From contig CAVTTN010000002.1 of NCBI GenBank assembly GCA_963737655.1, positions 3,200,001 to 3,264,000 of the forward strand: DNA of 64,000 nucleotides. The letters are read 5' to 3'. The DNA comes from an uncultured Planctomycetota bacterium (GTDB lineage: Bacteria > Planctomycetota > Planctomycetia > Isosphaerales > Isosphaeraceae). This document shows positions 9,550 to 21,469 of this stretch, piece after piece. The notes beneath the pieces are model-generated. The model had not been told where the DNA came from. It did no database searches and saw only the letters and a program-made list of their open reading frames with translations. Position numbers and translations under genes: made by a program. Position 1 is the stretch's first letter. Each line of letters starts with the position of its first letter.

Positions 9550-12500
9550 ATGGTTCGCGCCATCATCACCTGGAGCCTGCACAACCGGCTCATCGTGCTC
9601 CTGGGGGTCGCGGCGTTGATCGCGGTCGGGGTCCATTCGGCCCTGAACCTCAACGTCGAGGCGTATCCCGACCCGACCCCTCCGCTGGTCGAGGTCATCA
9701 CGCAGAATCCCGGCGCCACTCCCGAGGAGATGGAGAGGCTCGTCGGCATCCCCCTGGAAACGGCCCTGAACGGGATGCCGGGCCTGGAAGACCTCCGCAG
9801 CACCTCGGTCGCCGGCCTGAACGACATCAAATGCCAGTTCGCGTATGGGACGGATTATGCCTCGGCCCGCCAGGAGGTCATCAACCGGATCGGCTCGGTG
9901 GCCAACCTGCCCCCGGGCGTGGTCCCGGGCCTCTCCCCCTGGAGCCCCACCGGCGAGATCGTCCGCTACGTCCTGGACGGCCCCGGCTACACGACCAACG
10001 ACATCAAGGCCGTCCAGGACTGGGTGTTGAACCGGGCGCTGAAGCAGGTCCCCGGCGTGATCGACGTGACCGGCTACGGGGGGACGATCAAGCAGTACCA
10101 GGTGCTCCTGGACGCGGAGAAGTTGAGGCAGTTCGGCGTGACGATGGACCAGGTCGAGGACGCGATCAAGAACTCCAACGCCAACATCGGCGGCGACCTG
10201 CTGAGCCTGGGGAGCCAGACCCACTACGTCCGGGCCATCGGGCTGGTGGGCGAGGGGGAAGACCCCCTGGACCCGGGCAAGGTGGAGCAGAGGCGGGTGA
10301 TCGAGATCCAGAAGCTCCAAGACCTCCAGGACATCGTCATCACCTCGAATAATGACGTGCCGATCAAGGTCGGCGAGATCGCCAAGATCATCATCGGCAA
10401 CCGTCCGAGGCAGGGGAAGGTGGGCCGCCAGACCAAGGACGAGATCGTCCACGGCGTCCGCCTGGCCGGCAAGGACGACGACGACGTGGTCGAGGGCATC
10501 GTCCTGATGAGGAAATACGAGAAATCGGTCCCCACGGCCAAGGGCGTCGAGAAGAAGCTCAGGGAGATCCAGGAGTCGGGCATCCTCCCCAAGGGGATGA
10601 CCATCCGCGTCTTCAACCAGAGGACCGACCTGGTCAACGTCACGACCGAGAACGTGATCCACAACCTGGGCGTGGGGATGGGCCTGGTCGCGGTGGTCCT
10701 GTTCATCTTCCTCGGCGACCTGACCAGCGCCATCATCGTGGCCCTGGTCATCCCCTTAGCACTCTTGTTCTCGATCACGGTGCTCTACGTCCAGGGGAAG
10801 TCGGCGAACCTGCTGTCGATCGGCGCGGTGGACTTCGGGATCATCGTGGACAGCTCGGTGATCATCGTGGAAAACATCTTTCGCCACATCACCTCGAAGA
10901 ATTCCGATCGGACCAAGCCCCTGATCGACCGGATCGGCGAGGCGAGCCACGAGATCGAGCGGGCCCTGTTCTTCTCGACCACGATCATCGTCTGCGCGTT
11001 CCTGCCGCTGTTCGTGATGACTGGCCCCGAGGGTGCCCTGTTCGGCCCGATGGCCAACACCTACGCCTTCGCGATCTTCGGCGCCCTCTGCCTGGCGCTG
11101 ACCCTGGCCCCGGTCCTCTGCTCGTTCCTGTTCCACAACAAGAAAGAGGAGAAGGACACGTTCCTGGACCGCTGGATGAAGAGGGGCTACCTGAGGATGC
11201 TGGACCTGGTGCTGGACCACCGGATCCTGTTCCTCCTGATGGTGGGCGGCCTCCTGGCATTCACGATCTCGCTGGTGCCGAACCTCGGCGGCGAGTTCAT
11301 GCCCGAGCTGGAGGAGGGGAACCTCTGGATCCGGGCGACCCTGCCCCGGACGGTCTCCCTGGAAGAGGCGTCGCGGATGGCGCCCGGCTCCGCGACGTGA
11401 TCGCCACGGTCCCGGAGGTCAAGGGCGTGATGTCCCACGTCGGCCGGCCCGACGACGGCACCGACGTGACCAGCTTCTTCAACCTGGAGTTCAACGTCCC
11501 CCTGAGGAAGATGGAGGAATGGCGCAAGAAAGATCGCCACGGCAAGCCCATGACCCGCCAGGCGATCGAGGAGGAGCTCACCGAGCAATTCGACCAGTTC
11601 CCCGGGATCAGCTTCAATTTCTCGCAGTTGATCCGGGACAACGTGGAGGAGGCGCTCTCGGGCGTGAAGGGGGCGAACTCGGTGAAGCTGTTCGGCTCGG
11701 ACCTGAAGAAGCTGGAGAGCACGGGCAACCGAGTGGCGGAGATCCTCCGGGGGGTCCGGGGGATCGAGAACGTCGGCCTGTTCCACATCATCGGCCAGCC
11801 GAACCTGGAGATCCGGATCGATCGCCGGGCGTGCGCCCGCTACGGGATCAACGTGGCCGACGTGGAGGCGGTGATCCAGGTGGCCATCGGCGGCAAGGCG
11901 TTCTCGCAGATGGTCGAGGGGGAGAAGCTGTACGACATCGTCTTGAGGCTGCCCCGGGACCTCCGCGACGATCCCTCGGTGATCCGCCGGATCGTGGTGG
12001 ACGCCCCCGGCAAGGACGGCAAGCCGGGCATCCGCGTCCCCCTCTCCAGCCTGGCCCAGATCAATGACCACTCGCCGGGCGCCTCGTATATCTATCGGGA
12101 GAACAACCGCCGCTATATCCCGATTAAATTCAGCGTGGTGGGCCGGGACCTCGCCTCGGCGATCGGCGAGGCCCAGAAGAAGGTCACGGCGGCGGACGTC
12201 CTGCCTCGGGGCTATGAGGTGGAGTGGTCGGGCGAGTTCGCCCAGATGCAGGAGGCCAACAAGCGGCTGATGTGGATGGTCCCCCTCTCGATCGGGCTGA
12301 TCCTGGTGCTGCTGTACATGGCGTTCAACTCGATCAAGGACGCCCTGCTCGTGATGGCCAACGTGGTCACGGCCACGATGGGAGGCGTCTGGGCCCTGAA
12401 GCTCACGGGGACGAACTTCTCGATCTCGGCGGCGGTGGGGTTCATCTCGATCTTCGGCGTGGCGGTCCAGAACGGGGTGTTGCTGATCTCGTACTTCAAC

Positions 12501-12842
12501 CAGATGAGGGCCTCCGGGACGCCCGTCCGGGAGGCCGTGATGCGAGGGGCCGAGCTCCGGCTCCGGCCGGTGGTCATGACCTCCCTGACGGCGATCCTCG
12601 GCCTCCTGCCGGCGGCCCTGGCCAACTCGATCGGCTCCCAGGCCCAGAAGCCCCTGGCGATCGTGGTGGTCGGCGGGATGCTGGTGGCCCTGATGCTCAC
12701 GCAGTACCTGATGCCCGTGCTCTACAGCTTCTTCCCGGCCCCCGAGGGCCACGGCGGCGACAACCACGAGCTCAGCGACGGCTCGCACTACACCGACGAG
12801 CTTCTGGAGCGGAAGAAGGTCGCGGCCGCCCGGATCGCCTGA
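9550..12842 (+). CDS. CusA/CzcA-family heavy-metal RND efflux permease; frameshift at ~11385
   Basis: ANLLSIGAVDFGIIVDSSVIIVEN, FMPELEEGNLWIR, RLRPVVMTSL. Adding one C at gcgccc(c)ggctc joins ORFs 9439..11400 and 11397..12842. Confidence 0.92.
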
Positions 12843-12921
12843 TTCGCCCAGCTTCACGAATTCCATCCGAGCGATTCATCACACCGCCCCGATCCCGGGG
12901 CCCTTGAGGGAGGACGGTCCG

Positions 12922-14180
12922 ATGAAGTGGAAAATGCTGATCGCCGGGGGAGTCATCGCCGCCGGGGCCGCCTTCGTGGCGCTGAACCCGTGGGCCCGGG
13001 TCCGGGCCCGCGAAGCGTGGGGCAAGATCCGGGGAGGCTCGGCTCCGGCCGAGGCCCAGGCCGAATCCCGACCCGCCCCCGAGCCGTTCCGTGGGACCGT
13101 GGACCTCACCGCCCGAGAGCGCGAGGCCCTGGGCGTCGACCTGGCCGAGGTGAAGGAGCAGGACCAGCCCACCCTCCTGGACGTCCACGCCAAGACCGAC
13201 TACGACCCCAATTCCCTCTACAAGATCCGCCCCAAGTTCAAGAGCCTGATCGACAAGGTCCTCGTCGGCTACGGCCAGAGCGTGAAGAAGGGGCAGCCGC
13301 TGGTCGAGGTCTTCTCGGCCGACCTCGCCCAGGCCAAGGGGGAGTACGAGACCAAGGCCACCCAGTGGCAGGTCGATCAGACCGAGCTGGCCCGCGCCAC
13401 CAAGCTCCTCAAGACCGGCTCGATCTCCGAGAAGGAATTCCTCAAGGAGCAGAGCGACGAGAAACAGAGCGGGACCGCCGCGAAGATCGCCCGGGACCGC
13501 CTGGAGGTCTACGGCCTGTCGGCCCAGGAGATCGACGCCATCTTCAAGGAGGACGGCATCCAGAAGGCCAAGATGACCCTCCGCTCCCCGGCCGACGGCG
13601 TGGTGATCCAGAAGGAGGTCGTCGCCGGCAACCTCTACGACGAGAACGACGTCCTCCTCACGGTCGCCCCCCTGGATCACTTCTGGGTCCACGGGTATGT
13701 CTATCCGAGCGATGCCTCCAAGGTGAAGGTGGGCGAGACCAAGTGGGTGATCCACTGCAAATCGGCCGGCAAGGACTTCATCCGCACGGTGGATTCGGTG
13801 ACCTCGGAGATCGACCCCGACACCAAGACCATCAAGATCCGCACCGAGATCGACAACACCGACAACGCGATCAAGGCGAACATGCTGGTCAACAGCCAAC
13901 TCCAGGTCCCGCCGGTCAAGGGCCACACCACGATCCCCCGGCTTGCCATGGTCTCGTCCGACGGCGGCAATTACGCCTTCGTCCTCAAGCCGGGCGACGG
14001 TTCCAGGGACGCCAAGGACCGCTTCGAGAGGAGGAGTCTGGGCGTCGCCCAGGAGATGACCGACGAGGTCATCGTCGCTACCGGCCTGGCGCCCGGCGAA
14101 CGGGTCGCGACCAAGGGAAGCCTCCTGCTGATGCAGATGTACGAGGACTCCGCCAGCCTGGAATCGGGGCCCCCCGCTGA
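12922..14180 (+). CDS. RND periplasmic adaptor (membrane fusion protein); true stop probably TGA 14178-14180
   Basis: N-terminal anchor, VKKGQPLVEVFS, LRSPADGVVI, GLAPGERVATKGSLLL. The tail after ESGPP is non-protein-like, and one extra C in the C6 run gives ESGPPR*. Confidence 0.85.
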
Positions 14181-14673
14181 GGCCGCGAGCCTCCCCCGTT
14201 TCCATCATCGTGCCGTCCGGCCCGAGCGATCGGCGAATCGCGGCCTCGCACCGACCCTCGGCCGCGGTTCACGTCCCCATCGAGCCTCCCAGCCAAGGCC
14301 CCGGCCCGCCGACCTCCCGGATCGGCGGGCCGGGGCCTGTCCTGCGGATGGTGGACCCGAGAGTGATCCTCCGAAGCGAGCGGGTGTCGCCCGGGAATTT
14401 GGATCTTCCCAAGGGTGCCCCCGGTTCCTGAACCGGGGCGGCGGAGCCGCAAGAGGCAGAGCAAGACGGCCCGAAACGGCCTCTTGAGGCTCCGCCGCCC
14501 CGTTTCAGGAACCGGATGCATCCGAAAAGCTTCAGAATCGAGAGCCGGACCCGAAGCGATCCAGGGGTTTGACCCGACCGGACTTCGGCAGTACGATCCC
14601 CAGAGGGGCGCCTTCCCGTCGATCCGCCCCCATCCCCTGACCGCGTCATTTCCAAAGAGGGGGGGTGAGCACG

Positions 14674-14997
14674 ATGCCGCTGTTCGAGGTCGAGACCACG
14701 TCACATATCATGATTGCGTGCGTCGATGACGAGATGAAGGCCCGCGCGTTCGCCCAGGAGAACTATCCGGGAGAGGACGTGGTCCGCGTCAGCCATCGGC
14801 CTCGCGACGTGTGGGTCATCTCGAAGAACTTGCTGGGGATCGCCGGCCCCGGCGACCCCTGCGCCACGGCCCGAGAGTGCCTGTCCCAGGCGAAGGGCGA
14901 CAAGCTCCACGCCGTCCGCCTGTACATGCAGCACACCGGCTCGGACCTCGACGGGGCCCGCAAGGTGATCGAGTCCAACATGGCCATGGGCTGGTGA
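14674..14997 (+). CDS. Conserved planctomycete small protein (DUF6793-like)
   Basis: MPLFEVET...RPRDVWVISK...ESNMAMGW; coding-type codon bias; purine-rich upstream. Confidence 0.75.
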   Translation: MPLFEVETTSHIMIACVDDEMKARAFAQENYPGEDVVRVSHRPRDVWVISKNLLGIAGPGDPCATARECLSQAKGDKLHAVRLYMQHTGSDLDGARKVIESNMAMGW

Positions 14998-15153
14998 TCG
15001 GCCGGCGATCGCCGACGTTCGACACCGACCCCTCCGCATCGACTCACCCCGGCGTGGTATGCTGGCCCCGGGGTTGTGTTTCCCGAGATCGAGACCGCGG
15101 CCTTCGCCCGGGGCGAGGGCCCGGCCCCGCCTTCGTCCGGCCCGGGAGCCGTC

Positions 15154-16440
15154 ATGCAAAAGGTGATCTGCCTGATCCTCGGGGGCGGCCGGGGTTCCCG
15201 CCTCTATCCCCTGACCAAATCCCGCAGCAAGCCCGCCGTGCCGATCGCCGGCAAGTACCGGCTGATCGACATCCCCATCTCCAACTGCATCCACTCCGAT
15301 CTCAACCGGATCTTCGTCCTCACGCAGTTCAACTCGGTCAGCCTCCACCGTCATATCGTGAATACGTACAAGTTCGACCCGTTCGGCGGGGGATTCGTGG
15401 AGGTCCTCGCCGCCCAGCAGACCATGCAGCACGAGAGCTGGTACCAGGGGACGGCCGACGCCGTCCGCCGCAACATCCCGTACTTCGCCGAGGGGGACGC
15501 CGAGCTCGTCCTGATCCTCTCCGGCGACCAGCTCTACCGGATGGATTTCCAGGACATGATCCGCAGCCACCGGGAGGCGAAGGCCGAGGCCACCATCGCC
15601 ACCATCCCCGTGGCCGAGAAGGAGGCCACCTCCTGCGGGATCATGAAGCTGGATGCCACCGCCCGCGTGGTCGATTTCGAGGAGAAGCCCAAGACCCAGG
15701 ACGCCCTGGACCGGGTCCGGACCGACCCCGCCCTGCTCGCCCGCCACGGCCTCAACGCCGAGGGCCGCCCCTACCTCGCCAGCATGGGGATCTATCTGTT
15801 CAACCGCAACACGCTGGTGGAGATCCTCGCCTCGGGCTCCGCCGCCGACTTCGGCAAGGAGCTCTTCCCCCAGGCGATCCATTCGCACAAGGTCCAGGCC
15901 CACCTCTTCGATGATTACTGGGAGGACATCGGCACCATCGGCGCCTTCCACAAGGCGAACATCGACCTGACCCGGGAGAACCCGGCCTTCGACTTCACCG
16001 CCGGGGACGACGCCATCTTCACCCGCCCCCGCTACCTGCCCTGCGCCAAGCTCTCGGGCGTGACCGTCAACGAGAGCCTGATCTCCGACGGCTGCACGAT
16101 CGGCCGAGGGTCGATCATCGAGAACTCGGTGATCGGGGTCCGCTCCCAGATCGCCGAGAACGTGACGATCCGCAACTCCTACATCATGGGCGCGGACACG
16201 TTCGAGACCTTCGACGAACGAGCGGCCAACGTCCGAGGATCGATCCCCCATACCGGCATCGGCGCGGGGTCGCGGATCGAGAACGCCATCATCGACAAGA
16301 ACGCCAAGATCGGGAAGAACGTGAGGATCTTGAATGAGTCCGGCGCCGTCGATTTCGAGGAAGCCCCGCATTACGTGATCCGCGACGGGATCGTCGTGAT
16401 CCCCAAGTTCACCATCCTCCAGGACGGGACCAGGATCTGA
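15154..16440 (+). CDS. glgC: Glucose-1-phosphate adenylyltransferase
   Basis: ILGGGRGSRLYPLT..RSKPAVP, WYQGTADAVR, ILSGDQLYRMD, ASMGIY, YWEDIGT. Confidence 0.97.
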   Translation: MQKVICLILGGGRGSRLYPLTKSRSKPAVPIAGKYRLIDIPISNCIHSDLNRIFVLTQFNSVSLHRHIVNTYKFDPFGGGFVEVLAAQQTMQHESWYQGTADAVRRNIPYFAEGDAELVLILSGDQLYRMDFQDMIRSHREAKAEATIATIPVAEKEATSCGIMKLDATARVVDFEEKPKTQDALDRVRTDPALLARHGLNAEGRPYLASMGIYLFNRNTLVEILASGSAADFGKELFPQAIHSHKVQAHLFDDYWEDIGTIGAFHKANIDLTRENPAFDFTAGDDAIFTRPRYLPCAKLSGVTVNESLISDGCTIGRGSIIENSVIGVRSQIAENVTIRNSYIMGADTFETFDERAANVRGSIPHTGIGAGSRIENAIIDKNAKIGKNVRILNESGAVDFEEAPHYVIRDGIVVIPKFTILQDGTRI

Positions 16441-16457
16441 GCCCCCGCGGCGGGAAG

Positions 16458-16492
16458 GGGCCGTCGGGCGGGCTTCACGCGCCCGACGGCCC
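16458..16492 (+). terminator. GC-rich hairpin after glgC
   Basis: 13-bp stem gggccgtcgggcg/cgcccgacggccc; no U-tract. Confidence 0.45.
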
Positions 16493-16586
16493 GCCGGTTG
16501 CGGCGAGCTCACCCCGTCTGCTACCCTGAATCTTCACGCCGGACCGCCCCCCGACGGCGTTCGCCGACGGTCCAGGAGACCTCTCC

Positions 16587-17468
16587 ATGTCCACGGACGC
16601 CCACGTTCTCGGCGAAGACAAGATCGGCCAGTACAAGTATGTCCGGACCCTCCTCCAGGGCCAGAACTCCACGGTCATGGAGGTCATCCAGGACAACACG
16701 GGCAAGCGGTTCGCGATGAAACAGCTCCTGGCCTCGAAGGCCGAGGACCCCGCCGAACGAAAACTCTTCGAGTTCGAGGCCAAGCTCGGGATGGACCTCC
16801 GCCACCCGAACCTGATCCGCGTGTTCGACTACGTGAAGGACCGCACCCAGCCCTACTTCGTGATGGAATTCTTCCCCTCGATCCACCTCCGCCTGGTCCT
16901 GGGCAAGCGCGACCTGTTCGAGGCGTTCAAGCCCAAGCTCCACCGGGTGATCAGCCAGTCCGCCGCCGGGCTGGCCTACATGCACGACAAGGGCTGGGTC
17001 CATCGCGACATCAAGCCCGAGAACCTGATCCTCAACAAGAGCGGCGAGGTCCGCCTGATCGACTACGCTCTGGCCTTGAAGATCAAGAGCGGATTGGGCA
17101 AGATGTTCGCGGGCAAGCCGCCTTGCCAGGGAACGCATAGCTATATGTCGCCCGAGCAAATCCGTCGCGACCCCCCGGCGGTCACCGCCGACATCTACAG
17201 CTTCGGGATCACCTGTTACGAGCTGGCCGCCGGCCGCCCCCCGTTCCGCGCGAATTCCCCCACCGAGCTGCTCCAGAAGCACATGTCCGAGTCGCCCAGC
17301 CCGCCGACGGTCCACAACCGCGAGATCACCGAGGATTTCTCCAACCTCGTGATGAAGATGATCAAGAAGAAGCCGGCCGACCGCCCCCAGAACGTCCACG
17401 AGTTCCTCAGCCAGTTCGCCCGGACCCGCGTCTACAAGAACGACCCCATGCCGGGCTCCGCGTACTGA
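16587..17468 (+). CDS. Stand-alone Hanks-type Ser/Thr protein kinase
   Basis: FAMK, HPNL, VHRDIKPEN, YMSPEQ, DIYSFG. Confidence 0.92.
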   Translation: MSTDAHVLGEDKIGQYKYVRTLLQGQNSTVMEVIQDNTGKRFAMKQLLASKAEDPAERKLFEFEAKLGMDLRHPNLIRVFDYVKDRTQPYFVMEFFPSIHLRLVLGKRDLFEAFKPKLHRVISQSAAGLAYMHDKGWVHRDIKPENLILNKSGEVRLIDYALALKIKSGLGKMFAGKPPCQGTHSYMSPEQIRRDPPAVTADIYSFGITCYELAAGRPPFRANSPTELLQKHMSESPSPPTVHNREITEDFSNLVMKMIKKKPADRPQNVHEFLSQFARTRVYKNDPMPGSAY

Positions 17469-17511
17469 TCCCGAGTCGATCGAAACCGTTTTGCCCGCAA
17501 GAGATCCGCCG

Positions 17512-18581
17512 ATGGCCAGCTCCGTCCGATACCGCCTCCCCTTCGAGGCCCCGATCCTCGAAATGGAGGCGAAGCTCGCCGAGCTGGACGCCCGGTACGC
17601 CGACGCCCGGGCCGGCCACGACCCCCGGGCCGGCGAGATCGCCGACTCGGTCCGCCGCCTCCGCCGCGAGCTGACGATCCTCATGAGGGGCGTCTACGCC
17701 AACCTCTCCCCCTGGGAGACCGTCCTGGTCTCCCGGTGCGACGCCCGCCCGCAGTCTCGCGAGTACCTGATCACCGTCTTCGACCGCTTCGTCGAGCTCC
17801 ACGGCGACCGCGCCGTCGGCGACGACCAGGCCCTGATCACCGGGTTCGCCCACCTCGGGGACCAGAAGGTCCTCTTCGTCGGCCACCAGAAGGGCAAGAC
17901 CCTGGCCGAGCGGCAGAAGACCAATTTCGGCTGCGCCCACCCCGAAGGCTATCGCAAGGCGCTCCTCAAGATGAAGATGGCGGCCAAGTTCGGGCTGCCC
18001 ATCATCTGCCTGATCGACACCCCGGGCGCCTATCCCGGCATCGGCGCGGAGGAACGCGGCCAGGCCGCGATCATCGCCGAGAACCTCATGGCCATGAGCC
18101 GGATCGATACCCCGATCGTCTGCGTGGTGATCGGCGAGGGGGGCTCGGCGGGGCCCTGGGGATCGGGATCGGCGACAAGGTGGCGATGATGGAACATTCG
18201 TACTATTCGGTGATCAGTCCCGAGGGCTGCGCCACCATCCTGTGGAAGGGGGCCGAGCACGCCGAACGCGCCGCCGCCGCCCTCAAGTTCACCGGCAAGG
18301 ACCTCCTCCGGATGGGGATCATCGACGAGGTCATCCCCGAGCCCGTCGGCGGCGCCCACCGGGACGGCCGGGAAGCCGCGGCCAACCTCAAGTCGTTCCT
18401 GATCCGAGCCTTGCGGGATATTCATGATCAGCCCCGGGCGGGCCTCCTCGATCGCAGGTATGACAAGTATCGCCAGATCGGCGTCTTCTTCGAAGGGCGC
18501 GCGGAGGGCGGACCGGCCGCCCCCGCGGGGCCGCTGCCCGTCCCCTTCACCCAGCACGAAGGACAACCGAAACCATCGTGA
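17512..18581 (+). CDS. accA: Acetyl-CoA carboxylase carboxyltransferase alpha; frameshift at ~18148
   Basis: ELHGDR, HPEGYRKA, IDTPGAYPGIGAEERGQ, then GEGGS(G)GALGIG and YSVISPEGCATILW in the next frame. Confidence 0.95.
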
Positions 18582-19056
18582 CCGGCCCCTCCGCCCGATC
18601 GCCCCAATTCCCCGGTGACATCCGGACGACGACCCGTCCCGAAGTCACTCCCCGACCGATCCCCGGGCATCCCAAGTGCGCCGAAAGGCCGGTCCGGACA
18701 TTCCGAAGCAATTCGGAGGCATCGGCGCAAGTAGTATTAGAAATTCAAGTTGCGACCATTGTTCAAGAAATGCAAGAATGAGACGGCTTGAATGTGCGCG
18801 GGGCGTTGCGCACCACGATCCGGCGGGATTTCCGGGCGAAAGCCTCGCTTTGCATCGCCAAGTGTAGTCAACTTCCTCGCATCAACGATCCCGTTCCTCT
18901 GGGCATCGTGAATGGTGGACTCGTGAAAGAATCGGCAATCTTCGGCGGCTGGCCCGGAGATCGGGACACATTTTGAATTCCTGAAATCGCCCGGATGCGA
19001 ATCCCAGGAATCCCACCGGCCCCGATCGAGGGGAGGCCCTGGCGGGCCCCGGTCCG

Positions 19057-20234
19057 ATGAAGCTGAAGAGGCTGGCGGAAGACTTCGTGGTCGAGGAACT
19101 GCCCGTCGTCGAGGGGGCCCCCGGGGTCGTTTCGCGTTCTATCGCCTCCGGAAGCGGGGGATGGGCACGCTGGAGGCCGTCGAGGCGATCCGCCGACGAT
19201 GGAACCTCGCCGGGGCCCAGATCCATTACGGGGGCCTGAAGGACCGCCACGCCGAAACGATTCAATATCTGACGATCCTCGACGGCCCGGACCGGCCGCT
19301 CCGCGAGACGAACCTGGAGCTGGAGCCGATCGGCCGGCTCTCGCATCCCTACGGCCCCCGCGACTTCCGGGGCAACCGCTTCCACCTGGTCCTCCGCGAC
19401 CTCGGCCGGGAGGCGGCGGAGCGGGCCGAGCGATCGGCCCGCCAGGTGCCCCGCGACGGCCTCCCGAACTATTTCGACGACCAGAGGTTCGGTTCCGTGG
19501 GCTTCTCCGGCGGCTTCATCGCCGAGGCGTGGCTGAAGGGGGACCACGAGCGGGCCCTCCGGCTCGCGATCGCCGAGCCCACGGCCTCGGACCGGCCCGA
19601 CTCTCGCGAGGAAAAGGCCATCCTCAACGAATGCTGGGGCGATTGGCCCGCCGCGAAGGCGAGGTTGGGCCGGTCCCACGCGAGGAGCCTGGTCACGTAC
19701 CTCGTCGATCACCCGACCGACTTCCGGGGGGCGTTCGCCCGGGTCCGCCGAGACCTCCGATCGATCTATTTCTCCGCGTTCCAGAGCCATCTCTGGAACC
19801 TCATGCTCGGCCGCCTCCTGGAAGGATCGACCCGGCCCGAGCAGCGGACCCCGATCGACTTCAAGGTGGCGACCTTGCCGCTCCACCACGGCCTGGACGA
19901 GTCTCAGGCCCGAGACCTCGGCCCCCGGAGGCTCCCCCTGCCCGCGTCGCGGACCCCCCTGCCCCCCGAAGGCCCCGACCGCGACCTCGCGACCTCGGTG
20001 CTCGAACCGTTCGGCCTGGCGTGGGAAGACCTCCGCGTCAAACATCTCAAGGACGTGTTCTTCTCCAAGGGCGATCGCGCGGCCCTGTTCTTCCCCGAGG
20101 CGCTGGAGTACCGCCGCCTGCCGGACGACCTCTACCCCGGCCGCTCCAAGCTCCTCCTCTCGTTCGACCTGCCCAAGGGGGCCTACGCCACCCTCCTCGT
20201 CAAGCGGTTGACCGAGGTCCCCATGAGTGGGTGA
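19057..20234 (+). CDS. truD: tRNA pseudouridine(13) synthase; frameshift at ~19125
   Basis: MKLKRLAEDFVVEE, GLKDRHAETIQ, GNRF, PNYFDDQRFG, FDLPKGAYAT. Confidence 0.92.
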
Positions 20235-20242
20235 TATGAGCA

Positions 20243-20371
20243 TGTAGGGTGCATGAAATGCACCGATCCCGCGCGGCCGGAGGCCGCCGTCCGTTTCCTC
20301 TGGCCCGTTCTCACGGAGAATCGGAGGCGGCCTCCGGCCGCGCGAGTTTGGTGCATTTCATGCATCCTACA
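20243..20371. repeat. REPIN: inverted pair of family A REPs with an internal inverted repeat
   Basis: Arms 20244-20264 and 20350-20370 (1 mismatch); inner cgcgcggccggaggccgcc/ggcggcctccggccgcgcg; lies between convergent truD and selD. Confidence 0.88.
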
Positions 20372-21422
20372 GGAGACGAATCGCCACGTTTCCACGTCTT
20401 GCCGCGAACCGGCCGACGATCGCCGCCGAGGAGAGCCCTCTCGATCGCAATCCTTCCATCAACCGATCCACCGATCCTGGATCCACGGCGATCAGCAAGC
20501 CTCCGGATGTTTGCGCGTCGAAGGCATACTCGATCCCGAGCGGCTCGGCCGCCTCGTCGATCTCGATCCGTCCTTCCAGGAATTCGCGGTTGCTCTTGCT
20601 GGCACGGTTGTGGTTTTTCGGGGTCGCGAGCGGCTCGGAGCCCTCGATCCTCGGCAAGAGTCGCGAATCGAGCTCCAGGGTGAGCCCGGAGCCTTCGGCC
20701 ATCTCCGAGCCGTGGCCGGCGAGGCCGAACCCGGTCACGTCGGTCATCGCGTGGACCCCTCCGGCCTCCCGGACGGCGTCTCGCCCCTCGGCATTCAGCC
20801 GGATCATCGAGGCGACGGCCGCGTCGAGGACGTCGGGGGGGCAGTCCCCCTTCTTGTTCGCCGTGGTCACGAACCCCGTGCCCAGCGGCTTGGTCAGGAT
20901 CGCGACGTCCCCGATCCGGGCCGAGGCGTTGGTGAGGATCTCCGCCGGCAGGACGAGTCCGGTCACGCTCAGGCCGAACTTGACCTCGGAATCGCGGACC
21001 GAATGGCCCCCCACCGTGACCGCCCCGGCCAGGGTCACGCGATCGGCGGCCCCCCGGAGGATCTCGGCGAGGATCGAGAGCGGCAACTCGTTGTCCGGGA
21101 ACCCGACGATGTTCATGGCCGTCAGGGGGCGGCCGTTCATGGCGTAGACATCCGAAAGCGCATTGGCGGCGGCGATCTGGCCGAAGACGAACGGGTCGTC
21201 CACCAGCGGGGGGAAGAAGTCCAGGGTCTGGACCAGGGCCGAGCCGTCGGGCAACAGATAAACGCCCGCGTCGTCGGACGTCTCGGTCCCCACGAGCAGG
21301 TTCGGGTCGAGCGGGCGAGGCGGCAGCTCGCGCAGGACCTGCGCGATCCCCAGGGGGGAGAGCTTGCCGGCTCACCCGGCGCAGTTCGCATAATCCAGGA
21401 GACGCTTGAGCTTGCCGGACAT
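20367..21422 (-). CDS. selD: Selenide, water dikinase, selenocysteine-containing (UGA codon 17 at 21372-21374)
   Basis: MSGKLKRLLDYANCAG-U-AGKLSP...DDAGVY..QTLDFF..ANALSDVYAM..GGHS..TDVTGFGLAGH..DAQTSGGLL; the frame is continuous across the TGA. Confidence 0.95.
21328..21346 (-). promoter_or_regulatory. Putative bacterial SECIS of selD
   Basis: mRNA UCGCGCAG-GUC-CUGCGCGA (8-bp stem, loop starts with G); loop begins 33 nt after the UGA. Confidence 0.7.
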
Positions 21423-21469
21423 GAATGGATCGGCCTCGACCGGAAAGAGGCCGCCCCGCCCGGCCTCGA

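Noticed and set aside
14181..14487. Extended C-terminus of the RND adaptor
   Set aside because: Low-complexity Arg/Pro read-through, best explained by one missing C in the C6 run before TGA 14178-14180.
9550..18581. Calling the RND permease, accA (and truD, xylA etc.) pseudogenes or programmed frameshifts
   Set aside because: Single indels in G/C runs with no other decay and no slippery heptamers; sequencing error is more parsimonious.
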